This document shows, in pieces, positions 1 through 9,017 of a stretch of DNA of 64,000 nt; the first letter of the stretch is position 1; every line of letters begins with the position of its first letter. A model generated the notes under the pieces. The model ran no database searches, was not told where the DNA came from, and saw nothing but the letters and a program-made list of their open reading frames with translations. The translations under genes were made by a program, and so were the position numbers. This stretch comes from Candidatus Binatia bacterium (GTDB lineage: Bacteria; Desulfobacterota; Binatia; UBA12015). The stretch covers positions 14,398-78,397 of the forward strand of contig JAIEPK010000091.1 in the NCBI GenBank assembly GCA_019749875.1, in the 5' to 3' direction.

Positions 1-136
1 TCTGCGCGGACAGATCGCCGAACACCAATGCATCGCCCAGCTGGATGGTCGCATGCGCTTGGCCCGCACCGAGCCCCGAGAGCCCGAGCAGCAACGCCAG
101 AAAAAGACCACTTTGCCGGAACCGCGGCTTCGCCAT
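1..136 (-). CDS. N-terminal portion of a secreted protein with a Sec signal peptide; gene runs off the window start
   Basis: Minus-strand ATG at 136 preceded by GGAGGGAAG RBS. Translation MAKPRFRQSGLFLALLLGLSGLGAGQAHA... Absent from the ORF table because no stop lies in the window. Confidence 0.5.
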   Translation of the reverse strand, partial: MAKPRFRQSGLFLALLLGLSGLGAGQAHATIQLGDALVFGDLSAQ

Positions 137-351
137 CAGCTTCCCTCCTCGGCCGCCGGCCCCGTCAAGGTGCACCGGCAGCACTCGCTGATCCGAATCA
201 ACGGCGGCGCAATACTCCATTTCCGGCGGACATGGCAAGTGATGCGGCACGCGTCGGAGCGGAACCGCGGGCAGAGGGCATGCCGCGGCTCACGGAGCGG
301 GCGACACGTGCGCGCACGTGCGCCGCGAGGGGGCGCCGGAGCGCCCGATCG

Positions 352-741
352 TCAGTGCTTGGTGGCGGCGCCGAGCAGGCGCTCGATCTTCTCGCGTACC
401 AGCGACGGATCGACGACCGGCTTCGCGAGGTAGTCGTTGCAGCCGTTCGCGAGCGCCTTCTGCTCGTCGCCCGCCATCGCCTGCGCGGTGAGCGCGATGA
501 TCGGGATCGAGCGGCCCGCGTCGAGCGCGCGGATGCGACGGGTCGCTTCCCAGCCGTCCATCACCGGCATCTTCAGGTCCATGAAGATGAGATCCGGCGG
601 GTTCGACTCCACCGCGGCCACCGCCTCGGCGCCGTTGGCCGTCTCGACGATGTCGAAGTCGCCGATCTTGCGCAGCCGGTAGAGCAGGATGCGTCGGTTG
701 TCTTCGTTGTCCTCGACGACCAGGATCCGCTTTCTCGACAT
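352..741 (-). CDS. Single-domain response regulator (CheY-like receiver)
   Basis: MSRKRILVVEDNEDNRRIL...DLIFMDLKMPVMDGWEATRRIR...DYLAKP receiver motifs. AGAGG RBS 6 nt upstream of ATG at 741. The table ORF 352..834 starts at an upstream in-frame M without RBS. Confidence 0.8.
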   Translation of the reverse strand: MSRKRILVVEDNEDNRRILLYRLRKIGDFDIVETANGAEAVAAVESNPPDLIFMDLKMPVMDGWEATRRIRALDAGRSIPIIALTAQAMAGDEQKALANGCNDYLAKPVVDPSLVREKIERLLGAATKH

Positions 742-860
742 GGAAAACCTCTGTAGCCCTGCGCCGCCCGCGGCGGTCAGGCGTACTCCGCCGGGCTGCC
801 GATCGCAGACCGACCGTTCGTCGTTGGCACGCACCAGATCGCTCTGTTAGCGGCGCCGAG

Positions 861-2282
861 ATGGCGTCCGTACGAACGCGCTTCGCCCCGAGCCCGACCG
901 GCGCACTGCACGTCGGCGGCGTGCGCACCGCACTCTTCAGCTATCTCTACGCGCGCCATTTCGGCGGCCGATTCGTCCTGCGCATCGAAGATACCGACCG
1001 CCAGCGATCGACCCAAGCGTGGGTCGACGAGATCGTCGGTGCGCTGCGCTGGCTCGACCTGGAGTGGGACGAGGGTCCCTTCTTCCAGACCGAGCGCATG
1101 GATCTCTACCGCGAGACGATCGAGCGTCTGCTGTCGGACGGTCGTGCCTACCGGTGCACCTGCACGCCCGACGAGCTCGAGGCGAAGCGCAAGGTCGCCA
1201 TGCAGAGCGGCGGCAGCGCAGGCTACGATCGGCACTGCCGGCCCGGCTTCGGCCCCGGCCCCGACGCGGGCCGACCGGCCGCGATCCGCTTCGCGATGCC
1301 GACCGACGGCGAGGCGGTCATCGAGGACCTCGTCAAGGACAAAGTCGTCTTCCGCAACGCGGACGTCGACGACTTCGTGATCGCGCGCTCCGACGGCTGG
1401 CCGACGTACAATCTCGTGGTCACCGTCGACGATGCGGACATGGCGATCAGCCACGTGATCCGCGGCGACGACCTGCTGCCCAGCACTCCCAAGCAGATCG
1501 CGCTGTACCACGCGCTCGGTGCCCCGGTGCCGAGCTTCGCGCACCTGCCGCAGGTGCTCGGCGTGGATCGTGCGCGTCTCTCGAAGCGGCACGCCGCGAC
1601 CGCGGTCACGTCGTACCGCGAGCTCGGCTACTACCCCGACGCACTGGTGAACTTCCTGGCCCGTCTCGGCTGGTCGCACGGCGACCAGGAAGTGTTCTCT
1701 CGCAAGGAGTTGATCCACGCTTTCTCCTTGGAAAGTGTCGGCAAATCGGCGGGGGTCTTTAACCTCGAGAAGCTCGATTGGCTAAACTTCCAGTACCTGA
1801 AGGCACGATCACCCGAGCAGCTCGCAGGCGACTTGCGTCCCTTCATGGCGTCGCGCGGCATCGTGGTGCCGGGCGACGACGCTTGGCTCGCGAAGATGGC
1901 GGGCACGCTGCGCGAGCGTGCGAAGACGCTCGGCGAGCTGACCGACATGGCGAGCTTCTATCTCGCCGACGAGATCACCCTCGACGAGAAGGCGGTCGCG
2001 AAGTTCCTGAAGCCCGAGGCGGGACCTCTGCTGGCTGCGCTGGTCGACCGCCTGACGGCCCTGCCGGTCTGGGACCCGGCGGCGATCGAGGGCGTGTTCA
2101 CCGGTCTGATGACGGAGACGGGCGTGAAGCTCGGTGCCCTCGCGCAGCCGGTACGCGTGGCGGTGAGCGGCGGTACGGTGAGCCCGGGGATCTACGAGGT
2201 GCTCGACGTCCTCGGCCGCGAGCGCTCGCTGCGCCGGCTCCGGAATGCCATCGAGATCGCAAACGCGGCCGCCGGGCACTAG
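861..2282 (+). CDS. gltX: Glutamate--tRNA ligase (GluRS)
   Basis: HIGH-type motif HVGG near the N-terminus, KMSKS-like LSKRH, and class I GluRS sequence throughout. 473 aa. Confidence 0.95.
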   Translation: MASVRTRFAPSPTGALHVGGVRTALFSYLYARHFGGRFVLRIEDTDRQRSTQAWVDEIVGALRWLDLEWDEGPFFQTERMDLYRETIERLLSDGRAYRCTCTPDELEAKRKVAMQSGGSAGYDRHCRPGFGPGPDAGRPAAIRFAMPTDGEAVIEDLVKDKVVFRNADVDDFVIARSDGWPTYNLVVTVDDADMAISHVIRGDDLLPSTPKQIALYHALGAPVPSFAHLPQVLGVDRARLSKRHAATAVTSYRELGYYPDALVNFLARLGWSHGDQEVFSRKELIHAFSLESVGKSAGVFNLEKLDWLNFQYLKARSPEQLAGDLRPFMASRGIVVPGDDAWLAKMAGTLRERAKTLGELTDMASFYLADEITLDEKAVAKFLKPEAGPLLAALVDRLTALPVWDPAAIEGVFTGLMTETGVKLGALAQPVRVAVSGGTVSPGIYEVLDVLGRERSLRRLRNAIEIANAAAGH

Positions 2283-2320
2283 CCAGGCGCCTCAGGGCTT
2301 GTTAGGTTCGCCGCACCCGT

Positions 2321-2393
2321 TGGGGAGTCGGCTAATTGGTAAGCCACCTGACTCTGGATCAGGCGATTGTAGGTTCGAGTCCTACCTCCCCAG
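2321..2393 (+). tRNA. tRNA-Gln (anticodon CTG)
   Basis: Cloverleaf read by eye. Acceptor TGGGGAG/CTCCCCA, anticodon stem CCTGA/TCAGG with loop CTCTGGA, T-arm GTAGG-TTCGAGT-CCTAC. No encoded CCA. Confidence 0.8.
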
Positions 2394-2400
2394 CTCATTC

Positions 2401-2472
2401 GGTCCCATCGTCTAGCGGTTAGGACACCGGCCTCTCACGTCGGGAACAGGGGTTCGATTCCCCTTGGGACCA
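2401..2472 (+). tRNA. tRNA-Glu (anticodon CTC)
   Basis: Acceptor GGTCCCA/TGGGACC, anticodon stem CCGGC/GTCGG with loop CTCTCAC, T-arm AGGGG-TTCGATT-CCCCT. Close to the canonical Glu tRNA. Lies directly downstream of gltX. Confidence 0.8.
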
Positions 2473-2551
2473 TTTCGCTTCGCACCGCCCTGCGGGTGGT
2501 GCGGGCACCGCAGGTCGCTGCGCCGCGATTGCTGCCGAGCGCGGGACCGCG

Positions 2552-2845
2552 TCAGGAGCCGAGGCCGGACTTCTCGTTGAAGCTCCACGACTCGTCGCGC
2601 CGCACCCGAACGCCGATGCCGCGCTTGCGGAGCCGGTCGAAGCGCTGGCGGATCCAGTCGACCCCAGCATCGCTGGTGCGCGCCGGCACGCGCAGCTCGA
2701 GCTGCGAGCCGCGGCCTGCCCACAGGGCGTCCGCAAAGAGCGTCTCGACCTCGTAGGGCGTCAGCCAGCCGGTCCGTTCACTGCGCTGGACGCCGCTGTT
2801 CTTCGCGAGCTGCGCTCGGAAGGGGAAGACCTTCTGCTCGTTCAC
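2552..2845 (-). CDS. Small hypothetical protein (~97 aa)
   Basis: GTG start at 2845 with GAGG RBS, chosen inside table ORF 2552..2953. No recognisable domain. Confidence 0.35.
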   Translation of the reverse strand: MNEQKVFPFRAQLAKNSGVQRSERTGWLTPYEVETLFADALWAGRGSQLELRVPARTSDAGVDWIRQRFDRLRKRGIGVRVRRDESWSFNEKSGLGS

Positions 2846-3007
2846 GTTCGGCCTCCGACTCGACGGCTCCGGACCACACCACGACAGCGACGTCCCCACG
2901 GGAGCGCTAGGGCCGCGGCCTACGTGCTCGCGACCGCCGTTCGACTCGACCAACCGGGGCAGGAGAAACCAGCAGGCAGATGGGACCGTCGTACACGCGC
3001 CGCGCAG

Positions 3008-3034
3008 CGGAGAAAACCCCGCTCGCGGCGAGCG
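3008..3034 (-). terminator. Rho-independent terminator downstream of gene 3050..3439
   Basis: Inverted repeat CGCTCGC-G-GCGAGCG (3020-3034) followed on the minus strand by GGGGTTTTCTC, 15 nt after the TAA stop. Confidence 0.5.
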
Positions 3035-3049
3035 TGACGAGGAAACGAC

Positions 3050-3439
3050 TTAGAGGCTCGCCTTGCGCGCCCGCGGGGTCGTCTTCGCGCGCGGAGCGCG
3101 CTTCTTCGCAGGCGCGGCAGGTGCCATGGGCTCCGCGCTCTTGACCCCCGTCGTCAGCATCGTGGCCAGATTGGTCTTGCCGTCCTTTGCGCGACGTGCG
3201 GCGGCCTTCTTCGCCGCCCGCTCGGCCGCCTCGAGAAACTCCGACGACCCACCGACGTCGTAGCGTCCGCGAACCTTCGGAATGTACCGCAGGCGCATCA
3301 CGATCTTGTGCTGCTCGTAGTGCTTCACGCAGCGCCAGCCCTTGTACGCTGGCTCGCTGCAGACGACACAGAGGCCGAGCGCGCGGTGCTTGCGCTGCCA
3401 CAACGTCTGACGGCTCACGCCGGTCTTCTTCTTCTCCAT
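3050..3439 (-). CDS. Hypothetical basic protein with a Lys/Ala/Arg-rich C-terminal tail
   Basis: 129-aa ORF. C-terminus AAKKAAARRAKDGK...KKRAPRAKTTPRARKAS resembles histone H1/HU-like tails. Terminator just downstream. Confidence 0.5.
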   Translation of the reverse strand: MEKKKTGVSRQTLWQRKHRALGLCVVCSEPAYKGWRCVKHYEQHKIVMRLRYIPKVRGRYDVGGSSEFLEAAERAAKKAAARRAKDGKTNLATMLTTGVKSAEPMAPAAPAKKRAPRAKTTPRARKASL

Positions 3440-3737
3440 TTCGATCTCACCCTGTCACCGCGACGCCGCCGCGGCTCAAAATCGGATTCACGAATTCTTC
3501 GATCTTGCCAGATCACCCGTATGGGGGGCAAGGCGCCGGGGCCGGCAATTTTACTCTTCCGGTCGTTTTTGCCGTACCAGCATCGCTCGGATTCTTGCAC
3601 GACGGAGGATCCCGTGCGGACGCCCCACCAGGCGCCGCAGCGCGTCGCGTTGACGCGACCCCGACATCGATCTAGGACCGCGGCTGAGCGTTCCGAAGAC
3701 GCGTCACCAACGAGAGACCAAGGGGCACGAACCATCG

Positions 3738-4154
3738 ATGAGCTGCATCTTCTGTCGCATCGTGTCGGGCGAGGTGCCGGCCGAGATCGTCGCGCGCGAG
3801 CCCGGCGCCATCGCGTTCCTCGACGTCTCCCCGCTCGCCGACGGGCACGTCCTGGTCGTGCCCGAGGCGCACGTCGCGCGCGTCGAAGACTTGGATGCCG
3901 GTGCTGCGGCTTCGCTGTTCCGCACCGTGACGCGACTCGCGGGGCCGATCCGGACCGCGGTCGACGCGGCCGGGACGACGATCGGCATCAACAACGGCGA
4001 GGCGACGGGCCAGACCGTACCGCACGTGCACGTGCACATCGTCCCGCGCTGGGAGGGCGACGGCGCCAGCAGCGTGCACGGGATCTTTCGAGCCGGCCCG
4101 CGACGTCCCGTCGCGGCCGTCGCAGCCGCCATCCGCGGCGCGATCGAGCGCTGA
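3738..4154 (+). CDS. HIT-family (histidine triad) hydrolase
   Basis: HVHVHIVPR histidine-triad motif and N-terminal MSCIFCRIVSGEVPAEIV typical of HinT/HIT proteins. Confidence 0.9.
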   Translation: MSCIFCRIVSGEVPAEIVAREPGAIAFLDVSPLADGHVLVVPEAHVARVEDLDAGAAASLFRTVTRLAGPIRTAVDAAGTTIGINNGEATGQTVPHVHVHIVPRWEGDGASSVHGIFRAGPRRPVAAVAAAIRGAIER

Positions 4155-4286
4155 TCGGGTGGCGCCCTCCTGCATCCGAGAGCACTTGCCCACCGTATCG
4201 AATGCACGCCGGGCGCCCGGCGTCCGCTAGTCACCGATTCGCACCGGCTCCGCGGCGTCGCGGACCGACGAACGATGGAGGAACGG

Positions 4287-4574
4287 ATGAATCGAACCAC
4301 CAGAGGGGCCGTCGTGGCGCTCGGCGTCGCAGCACTGTTCAGCGCAGGCACGGCCTTCGCCGAGTCCGCGAGCGACGGCCACGACATGCACGACGGCGGC
4401 GCCAAGAAGGACGCCAAGGTCGCGTGTACCGGCGTCAACGAGTGCAAGGGCAAGGGCGAGTGCGCCGGCGCAGGCAACTCGTGCGCCGGCAGCAACTCGT
4501 GCAAGGGCAAGGGCGTTCAGATGATGAGCGCCGCCGATTGCCAGAAGAAGGGCGGCAAGGTCGCGACCAACTGA
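4287..4574 (+). CDS. bufA: Bufferin-type RiPP precursor (DUF2282-like): signal peptide plus Cys-rich core with 6 Cys
   Basis: GGAGGA RBS then ATG at 4287. Signal MNRTTRGAVVALGVAALFSAGTAFA. Core VACTGVNECKGKGECAGAGNSCAGSNSCKGKG...ADC. Followed by DUF692 and DUF2063 genes. Confidence 0.7.
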   Translation: MNRTTRGAVVALGVAALFSAGTAFAESASDGHDMHDGGAKKDAKVACTGVNECKGKGECAGAGNSCAGSNSCKGKGVQMMSAADCQKKGGKVATN

Positions 4575-4582
4575 GCCGGTGC

Positions 4583-4609
4583 GGCGGGGGAGCGGTCCGC
4601 TCCCCCGCC
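4583..4609 (+). promoter_or_regulatory. Perfect 13-nt inverted repeat between precursor and modification-enzyme genes; possible attenuator or processing site
   Basis: GGCGGGGGAGCGG-t-CCGCTCCCCCGCC, 9 nt after the bufA stop. No U-tract follows. Confidence 0.5.
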
Positions 4610-4622
4610 GCCCGGGCGCGAG

Positions 4623-5480
4623 ATGACACGACATCCCCACCTCGGTTTCGGCATCGGCCTCCGCACCGGTCACTTCTCCGCCCTGCTCGAAGGCGGGACG
4701 CGTGCAGACTGGCTCGAGGCGATCTCCGAGAACTTCATGATCCCCGGCGGACGGCCGCTGCACGTCCTCGAGCGCGTCCGGCGCGACAAGATGCTGGTCC
4801 TGCACGGCGTCTCGCTGTCGATCGGCGGCAGCGATCCACTCGACCCGAGCTACCTGCGCGCGCTGCGCGCCCTCGCCGATCGCTTCGCTCCGGCATGGGT
4901 GTCGGACCATCTCTGCTGGACGCGCCACGACGCGCACCAGCTGCACGACCTGCTGCCGCTGCCGTGGACGGAGGAGGCTCTGGCGCACCTCGTACCGCGC
5001 ATCGCGCAGGTGCAGGACGTGCTGGCGCGTCGTCTGGTGCTCGAGAACGTTTCCTCGTACCTCGCGTTCGACGGCGACCTGACGGAATGGGAGTTCCTCG
5101 CCGAGCTCACGCGACGCGCCGACTGCGACGTGCTGCTCGACGTCAACAACGTCTACGTGAGCGCCCGAAACCACGGCTTCGACCCGCGACGCTACGTCGA
5201 TGCGATCCCGCCGAAGCGCGTGGCGCAGATCCATCTCGCGGGGCACAGCGATCACGGGACGCATCTGCTCGACACGCACGACGCGCCGGTCGCGGACGCG
5301 GTCTGGGAGCTCTACCGCTACACGATCGAGCGCCTCGGTCCGGTGTCGACGCTGGTCGAGTGGGACGGCGACGTGCCGGCCCTCGAGGTCGTCGAGGCAG
5401 AGGCGGCACGCGCACGCGACGTCGCCGCCGCTGCGGTGCAAGCGGCGCACACGCGACGTGACGGCGTTGCGGCTGCCTGA
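4623..5480 (+). CDS. bufB: DUF692 / MNIO (multinuclear non-heme iron oxidase, MbnB/BufB-like) RiPP-modifying enzyme
   Basis: 285 aa. ...LGFGIGLRTGHF...EAISENFM...HGVSLSIGG...ENVSSY...VLLDVNNVYVSARNHG...HLAGHS matches the UPF0276/DUF692 family. Confidence 0.85.
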   Translation: MTRHPHLGFGIGLRTGHFSALLEGGTRADWLEAISENFMIPGGRPLHVLERVRRDKMLVLHGVSLSIGGSDPLDPSYLRALRALADRFAPAWVSDHLCWTRHDAHQLHDLLPLPWTEEALAHLVPRIAQVQDVLARRLVLENVSSYLAFDGDLTEWEFLAELTRRADCDVLLDVNNVYVSARNHGFDPRRYVDAIPPKRVAQIHLAGHSDHGTHLLDTHDAPVADAVWELYRYTIERLGPVSTLVEWDGDVPALEVVEAEAARARDVAAAAVQAAHTRRDGVAAA

Positions 5481-6264
5481 GCTGCAGGAGCGCCTGCGCG
5501 CGCTGATCGCAGATCCGGAGACGCTCGCCGGACCGCTGTCCGCACTCGAGGCGAAGGTCGCAGCGCTGCCGATCCGCGGCGATGCGCGCCTGTCGTCCGC
5601 CGAGCGCGTGCGCATCTATGCCGCCATGTACGTCGCCCGCCTGCGTGACGCGCTCGCGGACGACTTTCCGGCGCTGCGTCACGCGCTCGGCGAGGAGGCG
5701 TTCGGCGCGCTGGCGCAGCGCTACGTCGCCACGCATCCGAGCGATCGCCCTTCCCTGCGCGACCTCGGTCGCCACCTGCCGGGCTTCCTGCGCCGCGGCG
5801 AGGTCGCTGCGGTGCCGTGGCACGCCGAGCTGGCACAGCTCGAGTGGGCCATGGTCGGCGCGTTCGACGCTCTCGACCAGCGCGTGCTCGCGCGAGAGCA
5901 ACTCGGCGTGCTCGCACCCGAAGCGTGGCCCGAGCTGCGGATCGTGCCGGTGGACTCGCTGCGCTTGCTCGCCTTGACCCATGCCGTCGACGCGGTGCGC
6001 GAGCGCCTCCTCGCCGGCCACGATGCCGGCGCGATCACCGCGACGAGAACCCTGTTGCGCGTCTGGCGGCAGGACCTCGTGGTCTACGTCCGCGCGATCC
6101 CGCAGCTCGAGATGGCGGCCCTGCGCTGGCTGCACCGTGGCTCGACCTTCGCCGATCTGTGCGGATGGCTCGATTCCGTGATCGACGCCGACCAGGACGC
6201 GACCCATGTCGCCGGGTCGCTGCTGGCGCGCTGGGTCGAGGACGGCCTTCTCGTGGCGGCCTGA
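5458..6264 (+). CDS. bufC: DUF2063-family protein (BufC/MbnC-like partner of MNIO enzymes)
   Basis: GTG at 5458 overlapping the bufB stop by 23 nt (coupling). VTALRLPELQERLRALIADPE...ERVRIYAAMYVARLRDAL matches the DUF2063 N-terminal region. Confidence 0.75.
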   Translation: MTALRLPELQERLRALIADPETLAGPLSALEAKVAALPIRGDARLSSAERVRIYAAMYVARLRDALADDFPALRHALGEEAFGALAQRYVATHPSDRPSLRDLGRHLPGFLRRGEVAAVPWHAELAQLEWAMVGAFDALDQRVLAREQLGVLAPEAWPELRIVPVDSLRLLALTHAVDAVRERLLAGHDAGAITATRTLLRVWRQDLVVYVRAIPQLEMAALRWLHRGSTFADLCGWLDSVIDADQDATHVAGSLLARWVEDGLLVAA

Positions 6265-6311
6265 CGCGCGCACTTGCCCACGCGCGCATGCACCTGCGAC
6301 ATAGGAGCGCG

Positions 6312-7325
6312 ATGCAGCTCGAAGCACGCGGCCTTCCGATCCACACGCGCTCCCTGTCGGTCACCCTGTCCGCCACGCAAGGGCGCGACGCCGCGTTCGC
6401 CGCCTACGTCCTCGACCTGCGCAAGCGCGGCTTCGTGCCCGTCGCGGGCGACCTGCAGGGCACCGGCATCATCCACCACATGCAGCTCGACGGCGCGATC
6501 GACCCGAGCGCGCGGCGTCTCACGCGGATCGCCGCGCGTATGCCCACGGTGGCCTTCGAGGCGAGCGTCGCGTCGGAGGGCGAGAGCTGCAGGGATCTCG
6601 CGGGCCGCGTCGATCATCTGGCCGGCACGGCGATCGACGGAACGTGGGCACGCGCGCTCGGAGCGGAGATCGGTGGCCCGCGCGGCTGCTCGCACGTGCT
6701 GACGCTCGCACAGCTGCTCGGCCCGACCGCCGCGTGGGCGCTCGACGAGGACGCGCGTCTGCTGCGAACACCCGCGCGCTCGCCGGGCGAGCGCATCTTC
6801 CGCCGCGACGTCACCATCGACGGCTACGAGTGCAGCGGCGACCTCTACTTGACGCTCCAGCTCAGCGACCTCCATCTCGCACCCACGCCGCCCGGCGCGG
6901 CCGCCGCCGATCGCTTCGCAGCCCAGCTGGAGCTGCGCGCGGCGACCCGGCTCACGATGGCCGACATGACGATCGCCGAGATCGGGCTCGCCGAGCGTCG
7001 CAGAACGGCCGCGGACTTCGAGACCGCGAGCTGGCACGAGCGCCCCGATCGCGCGACGCCGCTCCTCGGCGCATCGCTGCGCAGCGGCATCAGCGGGCGC
7101 CTGCTGCAGCAGTTTCAGGACGCCGGTACGGACCGCCCGCTGCTCGACGCTCTGCTCATGCTGGCCCCGGCGACCGTGCAGTGCATCGCCTCGTTCATCG
7201 ACACCTGGACCCAGGTGCCGTGGATGCGCCCGGGAGCCGCGAGCAATGGCGAGACCGGCGGCCATCCCGACTCCTGCTGGATGTGGCGCCGTGACGGCGC
7301 CCTCGGACGCAAGCGCTTCGGCTGA
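6312..7325 (+). CDS. Hypothetical 337-aa protein, probably co-transcribed with the buf genes
   Basis: AGGAG RBS then ATG at 6312, 47 nt after the bufC stop, same strand. No recognised domain. Several Cys. Not DoxX-like. Confidence 0.5.
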   Translation: MQLEARGLPIHTRSLSVTLSATQGRDAAFAAYVLDLRKRGFVPVAGDLQGTGIIHHMQLDGAIDPSARRLTRIAARMPTVAFEASVASEGESCRDLAGRVDHLAGTAIDGTWARALGAEIGGPRGCSHVLTLAQLLGPTAAWALDEDARLLRTPARSPGERIFRRDVTIDGYECSGDLYLTLQLSDLHLAPTPPGAAAADRFAAQLELRAATRLTMADMTIAEIGLAERRRTAADFETASWHERPDRATPLLGASLRSGISGRLLQQFQDAGTDRPLLDALLMLAPATVQCIASFIDTWTQVPWMRPGAASNGETGGHPDSCWMWRRDGALGRKRFG

Positions 7326-7361
7326 GGGCGCACGCCGCGACGGCGCGCGCCCCCGCCCCGT

Positions 7362-7844
7362 TCAGAGCCGCGCCAGCACCGACTCGGCGCTCGATGCGTT
7401 GAGCCCCGGTCCGGGCTCGACCATCAGGGCCTCGAGCTTGCCGTCGCGCACGATCATGGCGTAGCGCTGCGAGCGCTGGCCCATGCCGAAGCCGGTCGCG
7501 TCCATGCCCAGGCCGAGCGCGCGCGTCAGCTCGCCGTTCCCGTCCGCCAGCATGCGGATCTTGCCGCTCGCGTTGCTGCTCTTGCCCCACGCGTCCATGA
7601 CGAAGGCGTCGTTCACCGCGAGACACGCGATCTCGTCCGCGCCCTTCTTCTTGAGCGCGTCGTACTGCTCGACGAAGCCCGGCAGGTGCTTCATCGAGCA
7701 CGTCGGCGTGAACGCACCGGGCACCGCGAAGACGACCAGACGCTTGCCCGCCGACAGCTCGGCGAGCGATGTCGGGGTCGGCTTGCCGTCCACCATCTCG
7801 GTGACTTTCACGTCGGGAACCTTGTCGCCTTCCTTGATCGCCAT
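7362..7844 (-). CDS. Peroxiredoxin, Prx5/PrxD subfamily
   Basis: VFAVPGAFTPTCS peroxidatic-Cys motif. 160 aa, typical Prx5-like length. Confidence 0.9.
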   Translation of the reverse strand: MAIKEGDKVPDVKVTEMVDGKPTPTSLAELSAGKRLVVFAVPGAFTPTCSMKHLPGFVEQYDALKKKGADEIACLAVNDAFVMDAWGKSSNASGKIRMLADGNGELTRALGLGMDATGFGMGQRSQRYAMIVRDGKLEALMVEPGPGLNASSAESVLARL

Positions 7845-7949
7845 GTCGTCCTCCGCGCGCGGTTGGTTTGACGCGCGGGCCTACAGCTAGCCGAGGGCGC
7901 GGCGCCACTCAAGGATGGCGGCGCGCGCGAACGCAGCGCGGAGCGACGA

Positions 7950-8969
7950 TCACAACGCCAGCAGGAGCACCGCGGCGAGCGCTGCCGCGATCCCGACGCG
8001 AAGGAGAAAGCGCGGCTGGATCACCGCGTGGTCGGAGGCGATGCTGCGCACCGACTCCGGCGTGACCCCGCCGAGGCAGACGGCTTCGACGATCTCGAGG
8101 CAGTCGCCGGCCAGGAGCTCGCGGAAGACGTGGCCCAGCTCGGCACTGGCCGCCGACGGATCGCCCTTGTAGCTCACCTCGTCGCCGCCGTACCCGAAGC
8201 GCGCGTTGAGCAGCCAGCCGATGCCGCCACCGAGGGCGTGCGTCGCCTCGCGCACGTGCGCACCGTTGCCGCCGCGGCGCTCCCGCCACGTCGCGAGCCG
8301 CTCCCCGGCGTCCACCAGCGGCGCGAAGGGCGGCGGCTGACGCTGCCCCAGCCGCGCATACTCCGGCTCGACGAGCTGCGGGCGCTCGGCGAGCATGAAG
8401 CTCGTCTCCCACGTGCCGGCATGCTCGCCGCTGACCACCGCCACCCGCTCGTGCGGGTTCAGCGCACGGCCGAGCAGCTCCTCCACGCGTGCGAGGCGTC
8501 CGCCCGTGACGATGCGGTGCAGCACCGCGATCGACGGCGAGAACATGCGCATCCCGTAGCGCCGGCTGAGCTTGCGGCACGCGGCCTCGATCGCCGCCGC
8601 ATGGCGCGGTCCGCCGTGACCGTTGGTCACCACCACGTTCTCGAACCCGGCGCGGGCGAGCGACCTGCCGTGCGCGAGCAGCGCGCCATAGAGGATCCGC
8701 GGTGCCACCTCGAAGGTTCCCGGCAGCGGCAGCTCGTCGCAGCCGAGCGCCAGCAGGGGCAGCTGCACGACGGTCCAGTCCGGGTGTCGCTCGGCGAAGC
8801 GTCGTCCGGCCTCCTCGGCCATCCAGCGCGCCATCGCCTGATCCATCCCGAGCGGCAGGTGCGGCCCGTGCACCTCGAGGGCGCTGACCGGCAGGAACGC
8901 GACCGCGCGCGTCCGGATCATGCGCAGCAGTGCAGCGTAGCTCAGCTCGTCGGCGCGAACGATCGGCAT
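7950..8969 (-). CDS. Creatininase-family amidohydrolase
   Basis: HGPHLPLGMD, VVVTNGHGG and SGEHAGTWETS motifs. Start chosen at MPIVRADEL (8969). Table ORF extends to 8999. Confidence 0.75.
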   Translation of the reverse strand: MPIVRADELSYAALLRMIRTRAVAFLPVSALEVHGPHLPLGMDQAMARWMAEEAGRRFAERHPDWTVVQLPLLALGCDELPLPGTFEVAPRILYGALLAHGRSLARAGFENVVVTNGHGGPRHAAAIEAACRKLSRRYGMRMFSPSIAVLHRIVTGGRLARVEELLGRALNPHERVAVVSGEHAGTWETSFMLAERPQLVEPEYARLGQRQPPPFAPLVDAGERLATWRERRGGNGAHVREATHALGGGIGWLLNARFGYGGDEVSYKGDPSAASAELGHVFRELLAGDCLEIVEAVCLGGVTPESVRSIASDHAVIQPRFLLRVGIAAALAAVLLLAL

Positions 8970-9017
8970 GGTCGCTCCTGCATAGCGCCGCACCGCCAAG
9001 TCCCCAAGCGCACGCGC

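Noticed and set aside
777-1718. 313-aa minus-strand ORF antisense to gltX
   Set aside because: Arg/Ala/Val-rich junk translation. An open antisense frame is expected at 70% GC. gltX is unambiguous on the plus strand.
4584-4611. Hairpin after the precursor gene as a full rho-independent terminator
   Set aside because: No U-tract, and the downstream genes clearly need read-through. More plausibly an attenuator or processing stem-loop.
3308-5461. 717-aa plus-strand ORF and 462-aa minus ORF (4227..5615) spanning the HIT and buf region
   Set aside because: Extreme Arg/Gly/Pro low-complexity translation. They overlap well-supported genes in other frames. GC-driven spurious ORFs.
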